Positions 47,923-61,505 of a stretch of DNA of 64,000 nt are shown here, piece after piece. The DNA comes from Squalus acanthias. Taxonomy: Eukaryota. The stretch covers positions 14,076,001-14,140,000 of the forward strand of contig CM059432.1 in assembly GCA_030390025.1 (NCBI GenBank), in the 5' to 3' direction. Each line of letters opens with the position of its first letter. The first letter of the stretch is position 1. The notes under the pieces are model-generated. The model saw only the letters and a program-made list of their open reading frames with translations, was not told the DNA's origin and made no database searches. Made by a program: the position numbers and the translations under genes.

Positions 47923-50900
47923 AAAACATAGAAACATAGAAGATAGGAGGATGAGTAGGCCATTCGGCCCCTCGAGCCTGTGTAGGGGTGTGGGTTGTGG
48001 TAGGAGTCAGCCTTTCCCCTGACTCAGTGAGCGGTTCGAATCGCTCCCACGCCCCAGGTTCAAAACTTGGACTTATTTAGGGGTTGTGAATAAAGATGCA
48101 GTAGACCACAGGTTCCAATGAAAGAACTATAACTTTTATTAAAGTTAAAAGGTAACAAACTTAAACACACTTCACACTTAAACAGGTTTGGGGAGCACAC
48201 GGTTACAGGCGAGGAAAATGACAGTATACAAGAAAAATAAAAACCTTTATCCCTCCCAAAAATCCCACTTCTAGCTAGGTTTCGGTTTCAGGAGATCAGG
48301 GATAATGCTCACCAAACAGGGGTATTAACAGTACGAAATCCAGCCAGGTAAGTCGATGGTGATTCTGGTCATCGAATGTCTTCCTTTACCATGTGGCTTC
48401 TGGGCAGTGCTGCGAGAGAGCCTTGTTACAGCGTAGTCGGTCGAGTCGAAAGAGAGAAAGAAATCTTGGGTCCTGCTGCAATTTTCGCACCCCCCCCCTC
48501 ACCACAAACTCCTCATTAAAAACCTGGTTTCGTAATGCAGTGAGTTTTCAGGTGAGGCCTGTTCATTGTCTTGTTGAAATCTTGATGGGCTTTCAGCTAT
48601 GCTAAACCAAATCAAATGGCTTACATCCTGTTGCGTTGTAGTTCCATGGAAGCTTGCATTGTTCTCCTGCTTTGGGTTCCTTGCTGGTCCTAGCATTCCT
48701 ATGGGCTCTGTGTTTTGGGTGGGGCAGCTTTTCCCCAGGGCCTATTGTCCAAATGGTAATGTTTGCTGGTCTTTGAATTCCCAGACCAGGCACGTGCCGT
48801 ACATGTTCAGGCATGTTTCCTTTAAATTTCCAAAGTCCTTATTTTTTCCTTTCGATATATTTTTGGGGATCTGCAAAATTTGGAAATCTTACACCTGCTC
48901 CGCCATTCAATGCAATCATGGCTGATCATCCAAATTCAGTACCCTGTCCCTGCTTTCTCCCCATATCCCTTGATCCCCTTAGCCTGAAGAAATATATCTA
49001 ACTCCTTCTTGAATATATTTAATGAATTGGCCTCAACTGCCTTCTGTGGTAGAGAATTCCACAGGTTCACCACTCTCTGGGTGAAGAAATTCCTCTCATC
49101 TCAGTCCTAAATGGCTTACCCCTTATCCTTAGACTGTGACCCCTGGTTCTGGACTCCCCCGCCATCGGGAACAGCCTTCCTGCATCTAGTTTGTCTAGTC
49201 CTGTTAGAATTTTAAAAGTTTCAATGAGATCCCCTCTCATTCTTCTTAACTCTAGCGAATATAAGCCTAATCGACCCAATCTCTCTTCATACGTCATTCC
49301 TGCCATCCCAGGTATCAGTCTGGTGAATCTTCGCTGCACTCCCTCCATGGCAAGAACATCCTTCCTCAGATAAGGCGACCAAAACTGCACACAATACTCA
49401 AGGTGTGGTCTCACCAAGGCTCTGTACAACTGCAGCAAGACATCCTTGCTCCTGTACTCGAATCCTCTCGCTATGAAGGCCAACATACCATTTGCCTTCT
49501 TAACCGCCTGCTGCACCTGCATGCTTACCTTCAGTGACTGGTGCACAAGGACACCCAGGTCTCGTTGCACTTCCCCTGTTCCCAATCTATTGCTGTTCAG
49601 ATAATAATCTGCCTTCCTGTTTTTGCCACCAAAGTGGATAACCTCGCATTTATCCACATTATACTGCATCTGCCCTGCATCTGCCCAATCACCCAACCTG
49701 TCCAAATCATACTGGAGTTTCTCTGCGTCCTCCTCACAGCACACACGCCCACCCAGCTTTGTGTCATCTGCAAACTTGAACATATTACATCTAGTTCCCT
49801 CGTCTAGATCATTAATATATATTGTAAATAACTGGGGTCCTAGCACCGATCCCTGCGGTACCCCACTAGTCACTGCCTGCCACTCGGAAAAAGACCCATT
49901 TATTCCAACTCTTTGCTTCCTGTCTGCCAACCAGTTTTCTATCCAAGTCAGTACATTACCCCCAATCCCATGTGTTTTAACTTTGCACGCGAATCTCTTA
50001 TGCGGGACCTTATCGAAAGCCTTCTGAAAGTCCAAATACACCACATCCACTGGTTCTCCCTTATCTATTCTACCAGTTACATCCTCAAAAAATTCCAGTA
50101 GATTAGTCAAGCATGATTTACCTTTTGTAAATCCATGTTGACTTTGTCCGATCCTGTCACTGTTTTCCAACTGCTCTGCTATTACATCTTTTATAATGGA
50201 CTCTAGCATTTTCCCCACTACCGATGTCAGGCGTACCGGTCTATAATTCCCTGTTTTCTCTCTACTACCTTTTTTAAATAGTGGGGTTACATTAGCTACC
50301 CTCCAATCCATGGGAACTGTTCCAGAGTCTATCGAATTTTGGAAGATGACCAGCAATGCATCTACTATTTCTAGGGCCACTTCCTTAAATATACTAGGAT
50401 GTAGATTATCAAGCCCTGGGGATTTATCGGCCTTCAATCCCGTCAATTTCCCTAACACCATTTCCCTACAAATACTGATTTCATTCAGTTCCTCCCTCTC
50501 ATTAGACCCTATGTTCCCCGACATCTCTGGGAGTTTATTTGTGTCCTCCTTTGTGACGACAGAACCAAAGTATGTATTTAATTGGTCTGCCATTTCTTTG
50601 TTCCCCATTATAAATTCCCCTGATTCTGACTGCAAGGGACCTACGCTTGACTTCACCAATCTTTTTCTCTTCACATATCTATAGAAACTTTTACAGTCAG
50701 TTTTTATGTTCCCTGAAAGCTTACTCTCATATTCTATTTTCCCCCTCTTAATTAATCCCTTTGTCCTCCTTTGCTGAATCCTAAACTGCTCCCAATCCTC
50801 AGGTTTGCTGCTTTTTCTGGCCAATTTATATGTCCTCTCCTTGGATCTTATGCTATCCCTAATTTCCCTTGTTAGCCACGGTTGAGTCACCTTTTTTTGC

Positions 50901-51770
50901 TTTATTTTTATGCCAAACAGGCATGAACAAATTCTGTAGTTCATCCATGCGATCTTTAAATGTTTGCCATTGCCTATCCACGGTCAACCCTTTAAGTAAC
51001 GTTCCCCAATCCATCCTAGCCAACTTGCACCTCATACCATCGTAGTTTCCTTTATTTAAATTCAGTACCCTAGTCTCTGAGTCAACTACTACTTCACTCT
51101 CCATCTTAATGAAGAATTCTATCATATTATGATCGCTCCTCCCCAAGGGGCCTCACACGACAAGATTGCTAATTAATCCTTTCTCATTACATAATACCCA
51201 GTCTAAGATGGCCTGATCTCTAGTTGGTTCCTCGACATATTGGTCCAGGAAACCATCCTGTATACACTCTAGGAATTCCTCTTCCACAGTATTGTTACTA
51301 ATTTGGTTAGCCCAATCTATATGTAGATTAAAGTCACCCATGATAACTGCTGTGCCCTTATTGCACGCATCTCTAATTTCCCATTTAATGCCATCCACAA
51401 CCTCAGCATTACTGTTTTCTGCCCCTTGGTATTTCTCAGCTCTACCCATACAGATTCCACATCATCAGAGCTAATATTGTGTTAATCTCCTCTTTAACCA
51501 GCAATGCTACCCCACCTCCTTTTCCTTTTTGCCTGTCCTTCCTGAATTTTGAATACCCCTGGATGTTGAGTTCCCAGCCTTGTTCACCCTGGAGCCATGT
51601 CTCCGTAATCCCAATTATATCATATCCGTTTACATCTATTTGCGCAGCTAATTCATCCACCTTATTACGAATGCTCCTCGCATTAAGGCACAAAGCCTTC
51701 AGGCTTGTTTTTTTAACACTCTTAGACCAAACAAAATGTTCAATATTGCAATTTCTGCTTGGTTGCTTTT
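47923..51770 (-). mobile_element. Near full-length CR1 ORF2 (APE-RT), partner LINE of the HE1-like SINE
   Basis: LCLNARSI, GITETW, GDFN, SDH; 625-aa RT ORF 49067-50944; tail (TTTCTATG)n; 3' UTR aaagcagggacagggtactgaatttggatgatcagcc shared with the SINE. Confidence 0.93.
47981..48893 (-). mobile_element. Solo LTR (913 bp), 4-bp TSD cctg, in CR1 3' UTR
   Basis: TGTAGG...CTTACA termini; cctg at 47977-47980 and 48894-48897; minus-strand AATAAA near 48135. Confidence 0.88.
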
Positions 51771-51889
51771 GTAAACTAATTACATTCATCCCAAAAACTT
51801 CTGCGCAATTCCGCTCCCATTAGAGCTCCCCAAATCCTAACCTATTAAAGTTAAATAGGTAGATCCCAGCATTTAACACCTAAATCTCA

Positions 51890-53660
51890 TTAACACTACA
51901 ACTTGCATTTATATAGCTTCTTTACCATAAAGACACATCACAAAGTGCTTTACAAATAGTCGTGAGTGAATTGAATACTGAGCAAGGAAGGGAGAGATTA
52001 GGTGGGGTGACTGAAAGCTTGGTCACAGAGATTGCTCTTGAAGAGGTTTTTAAAGGTAGAGAGAGAGAGAGAGTCCCAAAGGTTAGGACGGAGATAGTTT
52101 AAAGCTCTGCTAACAAAGGTGGGGCAAAGGGAGAGGGAATGCACAGGTGGCCACAGACACAGTAGAAGAACATTTGGGGTATAGGACTGGAGGAGAATGC
52201 AAAGATAAAATAGGGTAAGGCCGTGGATATATTTACCGATGAGGACAAAGATTTTGAATTGAACGTATTTTGGGATGGGGAGCAAGCATAGGTCTGCAAG
52301 GACAATGGTAAGTGGGACTTAGTGTGGGACAGAATATGTGCAGTAGCGTTTTAGGCAAGTTGGAGATTATTGAGCAGGGAGAATGGGAGGCTGTCAAGGA
52401 AAGCATTTAGATTAGTTGAGCCTGGAGATGATGAAGGTGACGTAAGAAAACTACTAGGCACTTGGTCTAAGTGTTAAACAAAGCTTTAATCAACTGTTTT
52501 ACAACATGGAGGTCTAGTTGTGTCCTTCACTAGTTCCTGTTAAGAATGTCCTGCGCAAGCTGGGCCCATGCCCGAGTATTTATACTCTCCCTGGACAGCG
52601 CCACCCGCAGGCCACTCAGTATTATTTCATAAGTCTTTCTTTCATGAATGACAGATTCATGTCAGAAGGCATGTGTAAAGATCTCAGCAGTGGAGGGTGG
52701 AGGCAGGCAGTGTTATGGGGGTAGAAGTAAAGGTCTTTTGTGATGGATTGGGTGTGGGGTTTATAGCTGAGCTCAGGGTTGAACAGAATGCCAAGATTCC
52801 GAGCGGTCTAGCTCGGCGTGAGAAAGTAGCTGGAGAAGGAGTCATGTGGAATCAGTGGCAAGGGAGCAGAATTGGTGTCAGTGGCCAAAGATAACGGCTT
52901 TGATCTTAATTGTTGAGCTGGAGGAAGTTAGGATTTAGCCAAGACTTTATGCCAGACTCGCAGTTTTAAATTGCAAAAGCAGTCGAGGAGTTGAGCGAAG
53001 TGGTGGAGAGTAAGAGCTGGATATCATCAGTGTACACGCGAAAACTGACCCTGGTGATGCCACCAAGAGGGCAGTATGTATATAAGAAAGAGGATAGATC
53101 CTTGGAGGACCCTGGAGGTGAGAGTGAGAAGGGGGGAAGAAAAGCTTTCAGTGGAGATGGACTGGCTGCGTTCGGATAAGTAGAAATGGAACAATGCAAG
53201 GGCAGTCCAATGGAGCTAGACAATGGAGGAGAGGGACAAGGAGGATAATGCAGCAAAATACAGCAAGTGTGGCGGGGGCGCGGTGGGGGGGGAGTTGGGG
53301 GGGAGTGGTGGAGGGGGCTGAGGAATATGCAGCAGTCCAGACTCAGCAGAGCTGAGGTGGCAAGCCGGGATATAAGGTTGGAGGAGACTACAAAGGTGGT
53401 GTGGAGCAAGACCATAAAGGGATTTGTATTCATGGAGAAGGAATTTGAAATGCATGCATTGGGGGAACAGAGATCCACTGGAGGGTGATGAGGACAGGAG
53501 TGATAGGTGAGCGAGATTTTGTGCAGGGTATGGGTGGTGAAGTTGGAGTTTGTGTCGGGTCAAACTTGGGAGGCCAGTGAAGAGGGTGCTGGAGTAGTCA
53601 ATTCTGGAAGTAACAAGGACGTGGGTGAGAGCTTCTGTGGCAGTACAGGTGAGACAAATA
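51890..53660 (-). mobile_element. Degraded L2 LINE fragments
   Basis: FRVYTDDIQL, VTSRIDY, FKIFVL..HGL; tail acaacttgcatttatatagc. Confidence 0.72.
52438..52664 (-). mobile_element. Solo LTR, 5-bp TSD gaagg
   Basis: tgacgt...atgtca; TSD at 52433-52437 and 52665-52669; highly similar to 6500-6708. Confidence 0.85.
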
Positions 53661-53708
53661 TATTCCAAGGAACCAGACAAATCCTTAATTCCCTCCTTTA
53701 ACTCCTTA

Positions 53709-54076
53709 CTGAAGGGGATTGACAGGGTAGATGCTGAGAGGTTGATTCCCCTGGCTGGAGAGTCTAGAACTAGGGGGCATAGTCTCAGGATAAGGGGTCG
53801 GCCATTTAAGACTGAGATGAGGAGGAATTTCTTCACTCAGAGGGTTGTGAATCTCTGGAATTCTCTATCCCAGAGGGCTGTGGATGCTGAGTCTTTGAGT
53901 ATATTCAAGCTGAGATAGATAGATTTTTGGACTCATGGGGAATCAAGGGATACGGAGATGAGGCGGGAAAGTGGAGTTGAGGTCGATGATCAGCCACGAT
54001 CTTATTGAATGGTGGAGCAGGCTCTAGGGGCCATATGGCCTACTCCTGCTTTATTTCTTATGTTCTTATGTTCTTA
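53709..54076 (+). mobile_element. CR1 3' end
   Basis: KGIDRVDAERLIPLAGESRTRGH; tail tcttatgttctta. Confidence 0.9.
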
Positions 54077-55383
54077 CTTTGGAACCATCTGGGGCTTTAT
54101 CTCTCAGCGTAGGTCTAAGGATGAGTGACGCCTGACTAGGCTTGCCGAACTGCCTTACACTGACCTGTTTTGGATCAAAATGAATTTAATTTACGAACCC
54201 TCAATTAAGTTACTCTGAAGCTGCTGAGTGAGCAAGTTAACTCTTTCTTGCCAAATCATAAAGGAAGAAGCCAGACCACAAGTTATGCACTAAGCACTAT
54301 TTATTGGTTACAAATCACAACTTAAAGTTAAAGTTGGGAGTGCAAATGCTTAATAGAAACACATAAATGCAATCAGAGTTACCTAGCAATTGAGTAGCAA
54401 ATCATTAATGGACAGAGTTACTTAACAAAATGAGTAGCAAAGGTTACACAGGCAATTCAGTGTATCACTGTAAGTCAGCACTAATGGATGCTGAGCATTA
54501 ACTATAGCAGTGACCAGAGTCTGATTTGTTATGTTGGTGAGATTACTTTAAGTGTAATTCCTTAGATAGCTGGCAGGTTAATAGCTTTGAACAGCCAGTC
54601 TATCAAATAGCTCAAGCCTACGCATGTGATTAGCAACGTTCAGAGCTTACACAACCTCATCCTCACGAGCTGCATGTTTGGATCAAGCTCCTTCCTTCCC
54701 TGGGTCACAGGCATTAGCTTCGGGAGTGCTGAATCGATGAACCCCTTCTCGGCTGGGTTATCTGTCTCACTTGGATCTTCGGTTCTGACTGAACCCACCA
54801 CACACTTGAGTGGTGACATCTGAGCTAGTTTCCCTCTCACCTTTCTCAACCTTAAAATATACGCAATTAAGTGACACTCTTAGCTCTGCTTGTAACGTGA
54901 TAACGTAGCTACAATTTAGCTTTGACACTTTATCCTTAAAGGTACTGTATACAGGTAAGGACACCTCTTATACCTGCTAGGTACAGAACAAAAATAGAGG
55001 TTTTGTTAAAGTCTTCTGGTTACACAGAAACTAAGATAAACTGCGACTTCTAACAAAGACAAAGAAAAACACTGCTTCTGAATGACCCACGTGTCTGAAG
55101 AACTCGCCTATTTTTGTGTCAACCATCCCCTACAAGTCACTGAAGCACGGAATTACAGACAGGTTGGCTCCACTTTTACAACCCCCCCTTACTTTTAACA
55201 AAGGGACCCACTCAAATGTGAGTGGTCACGACCTGTTTATGACTCACTATGTGCTGCTTACCTGGAACTGAGCCAAGAATAATAACTTTACGACTTAATT
55301 GCTTAAAAGACTGTGTATTCACTGCTTACTTCCCACCACTCAGTTTAACCGCCGAACTACATATTGTATGGGCATCCTCAATA

Positions 55384-55932
55384 TGTGTCCAATTCTGGGC
55401 ACCGCACTTTAGGAAGGATGTGAAGGCTTTAGAGAGGATGCAGAAAAGATTTACAAGAATGATTCCAGGAATGAGGGACTTCAGTGACAGGGATAGACTA
55501 GAGAAGCTGGGGTTGTTCTCCTTGGAGCAGAGAAGATTGAGAGGTGATCTGATAGAGGTGTTCAAAATCATGAGGGGTCTAAACAAAGTAGATAGAGAGA
55601 AACTGTTCCCATTGGTGGAAGGGTCGAGAACCAGAGGACACAGATTTAAGGTGATTGGCAGAAGAACCAAAGGCGACATGAGGAAAAACTTTTTTACGCA
55701 GTGAGTGGTTAGGATTTGGAATGCACTGCCTGAAAGGGTGGTGGAAGCAGATTCAATTGTGGCTTTCAAAAGGGAATTAGATAAGTACCTGAAAGAAAAA
55801 AATTTGCAGGGCTAGAGAGAAAGGGCGGGGGAGTGGGACTAGCTGAAGTGCTCTTGCAGAGAGCCGGCACGGGCTCGACGGGCCGAATGGCCTCCTACTG
55901 TGCTGTAACGAAGCTATGATTCTGAGTCTATG
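55384..55932 (+). mobile_element. CR1 3' fragment starting at CVQFW
   Basis: CVQFWAPHFRKDVKALE..RTRGHRFKVIG. Confidence 0.9.
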
Positions 55933-56012
55933 TTTACTGGGACATTTTCTTACAAATCTCGTCGGCAACCCTTCGACAATTTTCGGGCACTGTTCCAACA
56001 AAGCATGACTCA

Positions 56013-56448
56013 GGGCAACACGGTGGCATAGTGGTTAGCACTGGTGCCTCACAGCGCCAGAGACCCGGGTTCGAATCTGACCTCGGGTGACTGTCTGTGT
56101 GGAGTTTGCACATTCTCCCCGTGTCTGCGTGGGTTTCCTCCGGGTGCTCCGGTTTCCTCCCACAGTCCAAAAATGTGTGGGTTAGGTTGATTTGGCTATG
56201 ATAAATTGACCCTTAGTGTTAGGGGGGATTAAATATGTGGGGTTATGGGGATAGGATGGGATATGTTAGGGGGAATTAAATACGTGGGGTTACGGGGGTA
56301 GGGTGGGATATGTGTACTGTGGGGATTAAAGCAGGGACAGGGTACTGGATTTGGATGATCAGCCATGATCGTATTGAATGGCGGAGCAGGCTCGACGGGC
56401 CGAATGGCCTACTCCTGCTCCTAGATTCTATGTTTCTATGTTTCTATG
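56013..56448 (+). mobile_element. Full-length HE1-like V-SINE, one-tail variant, TSD atgactca
   Basis: A/B boxes, V-domain, CR1 tail. atgactca at 56005-56012 and 56446-56453, overlapping the tail. Confidence 0.92.
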
Positions 56449-56512
56449 ACTCACCTCCACACCATCCATGTCCACACAGTGTAAATAAAGAGAGGAATGA
56501 CACAGTTAATGG

Positions 56513-56830
56513 TGTCAGCCGTGGCTCAGTGGGCAGCACTCTTGCCTGTGAGTCAGAAGGTTGTGGGTTCACAGTCCCACTCCAGAGACTTGAACACAAA
56601 ATCCAGGCTGACACTTCAGTGCAGTGCTGAGGGAGTGCTGCACTGTCAGAGGTGCCGTCATTCAGATGAGATGTTAAACTGAAGCCCCGTCTGCCCTCTC
56701 ATGTGGACATAAAGATGCCATTACACTATTTCAAAGAAGAACAGGAGTGTTCTCCCCAGTGTCCTGGCTGATATTTATCACTAAAAGAGATTATTTGGTC
56801 ATTATCACATTGTTGCTTGTGGGTTACTGT
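56513..56830 (+). mobile_element. Deu-domain tRNA SINE (SacSINE1-like), partial
   Basis: gtggctcagtggg..gagtcagaaggttgtgggttc..gagggagtgctgcactgtc..gatgagatgttaaac. Confidence 0.8.
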
Positions 56831-57169
56831 GTGCAATCTCTCCACATAACTGAAGTTCCTCATCCCTGGTATTATCTTGGTAAACCTCCTCTTTACCCTC
56901 TCCATATATGCACTGACAATTGGAATGCAATTACACAGAATCTGATTCGGATTCCTCACAAGCTCATTCCCTCCACGAAACAACCCAAAAATATGCAAGG
57001 TCCACACACTGGAGTCTTCATTTAAAAAATATTTGGCTAACTATTTCAACAATAAAATAGCCAGCATCCCCTCACAATCCAAACACAATAGTTGATTCTC
57101 AGATATGGCGCAGCAGCTCCACATTTCTACCGTACATGCCAACAATATCCTACAGAATATCAGTATCAG

Positions 57170-57642
57170 TGTCAGCCAGTAGCTCAGTTGGCAGCACCCT
57201 CGCCTCTGAGTCAGAAGGTTGTGGGTTCAAAGTCCCACTCCAAAGACTTGAGCACAAAAATCTAGGCTGACACTCCAGTGCTGTACTGAGGGAGTGCTGC
57301 ACTGTCGGAGGTGCTGTCTTTCGGATGAGACGTTAAACCGAGGCCCCGTCTGCTTTCTCAGGTGGACGGAAAAGATCCCATGGCACCGTTTCGAAGAAGA
57401 GCAGGGGAGTTATCCCCGGTGTCCTGGCCAATATTTATCCCTGAATCAACATCATTAAAACAGATTATCTGGTCATTATCACATTGCTGTTTGTGGGAGC
57501 TTGCTGAGCGCAAATTGGCTGCCGCGTTTCCTACACTACAACAGAGACTACACTTAAAAAAAGTACTTCATTGGCTGTAAAGTGCTTTGGGACATCCAGT
57601 GGTCGTGAAAGGCGCTATATAAATGCAAGTCTCTCTTTCTTT
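57170..57642 (+). mobile_element. Deu-domain tRNA SINE (SacSINE1-like), full length
   Basis: tRNA head, core tttcggatgagacgttaaaccgagg..aaagatcccatggcac, L2-like tail ggcgctatataaatgcaagt. Confidence 0.85.
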
Positions 57643-58182
57643 CTAGAAGTATAACCAAGCATCATCAATGGTAAGTCTACACATCCAAATGCCTATTTAA
57701 TAACTTTATATACAATATTTTACTTCAAATGCTGTGTTTGATTGGTTACAAAGAGGATACACAATGAGGAGTAGCACTTTGGGAAGAAGTCACCTTGTGA
57801 TCTGGGCTACAGTTGACATAAAGGGTAGAAGTTATGATTGCTCTGTCCTTGCATGAATGATTATCATGCTCATACCAAGTTTCTTTTTGCACTTTTTTAA
57901 CACAGGCTCTAAACCATTCAAATTAAACCAGTCAATGCTTCCGTTGAATTAATGGGCAGAGAAATTTCAAAGGAAGACATCGCACATTCATCTGCTAATG
58001 TCAGCAACAGTCATTTCTAAGCTTCTACCTGCATTTAGTCTATGGCATTCCTATAATCTCTTTCTCATTAGAGTTTGTAAGTTAAACCTCCTGGTGAGTC
58101 TGATAACTTCTAGTCACTTGACCAAGTCATTAGTTTAACCACTAGTGACTGCTGCTTTCTGTTCCCTGGTAACCTCATTCCT

Positions 58183-59048
58183 GACAGGCTCAGTGAGTGG
58201 GTGAGAACATGGCAGATGGAATATAATGTGGATAAATGTGAAGTTATCCACTTTGGTAGAAAAAATAGAAAGGCAGAGTATTTCCTAAATGGTGAAAGAT
58301 TGGGGAATGCAGATGCTCAAAGGGACCTGGGTGTCCTTGTACATGAGTCACTGAAAGTGAATGTGCAGGTGCAGCAAGCCATTAGGAAGGCAAATGGTAT
58401 GCTGGCCTTCATTACAAGAGGATTTGAGTACAGGAGTAAAGAAGTCTTACTCCAATTATATAGGGCCTCGGTGAGACCACACCTGGAGTACTGTGTACAA
58501 TTTTGCTCTCCTTACCTAAGGAAGGATATACTTGCCATAGAGGGAGTGCAACGAAGGTTCACGAGATTGATTCCTGGGATGGTGGGACTGTCGTATGAGA
58601 AGAGATTGAGTAAACTAGGCCTGTATTCTCTTGAATTCAGAAGAATGAGAGGGGATCTCATTGAAGCATACAAAATTATTACAGGGCTTGATAGGGTGGA
58701 TGCTGGGAAAATGTTTCCCTTGGCTGGGGAGTCTAGAACCAGGGGCCACAGCCTCAGGATAAAGGGTAGGCCATTCAGGACCGAGATGAGAAGAAATTTC
58801 TTCACACAGAGGGTGGTGAATCTTTGGAATTCTCTACCCCAGAGGGCTGTGGAGGCTCAGTCATTGGGTATATCCAAAACAGAAGTCGATAGATTTCTGA
58901 CTAGTAAGGGCATCAAGGGATATGGCGATAAGGCCGGTGAATGGAGTTGAGGTAGAAGATCAGCCATGATCTCATTGAATGGCGGAGCAGGCTCGAAGGG
59001 CCGAATGGCCTACTCCTGCTCCTATTTCTTATGTTCTTATGTTCTTAT
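58183..59048 (+). mobile_element. CR1 3' fragment
   Basis: ORF 58201-58950; tail (TCTTATGT)n. Confidence 0.93.
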
Positions 59049-60304
59049 GATTCCCCATTGCTGCCTAATTCAAAGCAGCCTTCTGAAGCATCACTGATCA
59101 AATTCCTAAAGCCTACAATCCTCCACTTGAATGTGCCTCTGTTTCGTTCAGTAATGTGATAACACTGCATAGTACATTTTTGTCTGGTTGACAACAAGAG
59201 GCCTTCTGTTATTGTTTTCAGATGTTGCTTAACATGTCATATGTTCCACTTGCTGTTCCATTGTGTGTGCATTGTTCTTACTTGGCTCAGTGTATGCGTC
59301 AGTTGAAGCAATGCTAGTGAAATGGTCTACTACCAATATGTTGATATTGGATCGTGTACATGGAATAATGTGTGAAGCTTTGCTTTTGTCCTTTAAAAGG
59401 CAAAGATATCTAAGAAGCCATCAATATTTTGAATAGCTATTTGATTTTATATCTGTATACAGCACTTAGTGGTACTGTGCATTATGACAATGCGGCAGCA
59501 CAATTTAAATAAAATGGGAAGCATGCTTCATGAAATATATAATGTGAGGACTTTTTTTCTTAAAATCTCTCTAGTGCAACTGCAGATTTTAGTACCCTGT
59601 GTCCTGTAGCCATCAATCTCAGAAATTTTAAGTTCTGATTCCATCTTCAATTTAGTTACCGAGATGATGCTGTTCCCTTCTTTTCATATGAATATTAGCA
59701 AAGAATGATGTCCTAGATTGAACCTGGCTTAGTTCCAAACCCTATACATATCAAACTAGGAAACTAGCAAAAGTTGAGCAACACTTTCAAAAAAGCTGAC
59801 AACTCAAGAACTGGCCTGAACATAGGCCTATCATAAATAGTTACACTGAAGGTGCAGTGGGGCACAGGCTTGCCATAACTAAAGCTCTAAGTGTATCCAA
59901 CATTGCATCATGTGTATATTAGCCGATTGTGGTGAAAAATTGAAGAGGCTTTTCCCTTGTAGAGAGGTTTCAGGCTGTGCATTATTACTCTCTGTGACTA
60001 AATCTCAGTATTGTTTTTAACTTGCTTCAATGGCTGTCAAAGTAGTTTCCCCTCCTCCCCCACCCCCCCCGCCCCACTTCCAGTTCACACAAGCACTCTT
60101 CTTTCCTTTGCAGCCCCCACCCAAAATCCCACCTCATTGCCACCTACTGCTGCTCCAGGGATCAAATGCTGTGGCATGAGATCAGGAATTTCTGCCTACC
60201 CCCTTTCCCTGCGTCCTTAGAGGTACAATTGGCAAAATTTATTTTATAATTCAAGACAGGTAGATAAGCCACTTTCAATTGACATGACTCCCTGTTACCA
60301 CCTT

Positions 60305-60702
60305 TGTCAGCTGTGGCTCAGTGGGTAGCACTCTCACTTCTGAGTCAGAAGGTTGTGGGTTCAAAGTCCCACTCCATGAGACTTGAGCACAAAATCTAGT
60401 TTGACACTTCAGTGCCATTACTGAGGGAGTGCTGCACTGGTGGCGGTGCTGTCTTTCAGATGAGATGTTAAGGATGAGGCCCTGTCCCTGTCTGCCCTCT
60501 TAGGTGGACGTAAAAGATCCCATGGCACTATTTTGAAGAAAAGCAGGGGCGCTCTCCTGGGGCCAATATTTATCCCTCAACCAACATCATTAAAACAGAT
60601 TATCTGGTCATAACTTCATTGCTGTTTGTGGGAGCTTGCTGTGCACAAATTGGCTGCCGTATTTCCTACATTACAACAGTGACTACATTTCAAAAGTACT
60701 TA
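60305..60702 (+). mobile_element. Deu-domain SINE truncated by a MITE
   Basis: Similar to 57170-57570. Confidence 0.82.
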
Positions 60703-61505
60703 GGGCTGGATTTTGATACTGGGGACGTGATGGAGGCGGGACTCCCATTTTTGGGGTTGTAGTCCCGCCTCCATCGACTTGTGGCCAACCCACTGTAGTT
60801 TCACTTGATTGACCTTGTTAAGCCCGCCCAGCGAGCTCAGCAGGCCAATCAAGGGCCACCCGGCAACAGGTGATGTCACAGATTGATATTTCATCTGTCA
60901 AGAGCTTTTGACAGATGAAATATCAGCATTTGACAGCTCGGTGAAGCTGTCAAACACTGACAATCTGTCTTCTAACTTGAGTCCTTCCTCTCAGGCTGAG
61001 TTAGAAATCATTCCAGCACAGAAAACAGAACAGCAGTTTTTGACAGCTCAACGGCCATTCTGTTTTCTGTGCCGGTGAGATTTCTGACTCCCGAGACCTG
61101 AAGGGCTGACACCTGCAGGAGGAAGTTAAGGTAAGTAAAACTTTTACCCACACTTTACACTTACCTTACACACTGACCTCTGCACACATGCACCTGCCCA
61201 CCGGACATATCGACCCCTCCAACCCCTGCAGACCCACGGTCCGCCTCGCTAACTTGGCGTGGTTGGGACCTGTCGGGAAGCCCACATTTCACGCATCAAA
61301 ATAGGGGTTAGGCAAAAAACTGCATGTCACTAATCCCCTTCCCGCCTCGGGGAGGCGGGTCCTAGCACAGGTCGGGTACCCGCCTCCAGCGAAACTGGCA
61401 TGGAGGCGGGTTGGGGGCGGGATGGGTTCGGGACCCCCGAATCTGCAACTTTAACCCCCCACACGCCTCCAAACCCGCCTCCACGGGTCAATGAAAATCC
61501 AACCC
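60703..61505. mobile_element. Harbinger MITE (803 bp), TSD tta
   Basis: TIRs gggctggatttt / reverse complement gggttggatttt; tta at 60700-60702 and 61506-61508. Confidence 0.85.

Noticed and set aside
56013..56090. tRNA gene
   Set aside because: The A/B boxes run into a V-domain and LINE tail, so it is a SINE head. The same applies to 43763, 57170 and 60305.
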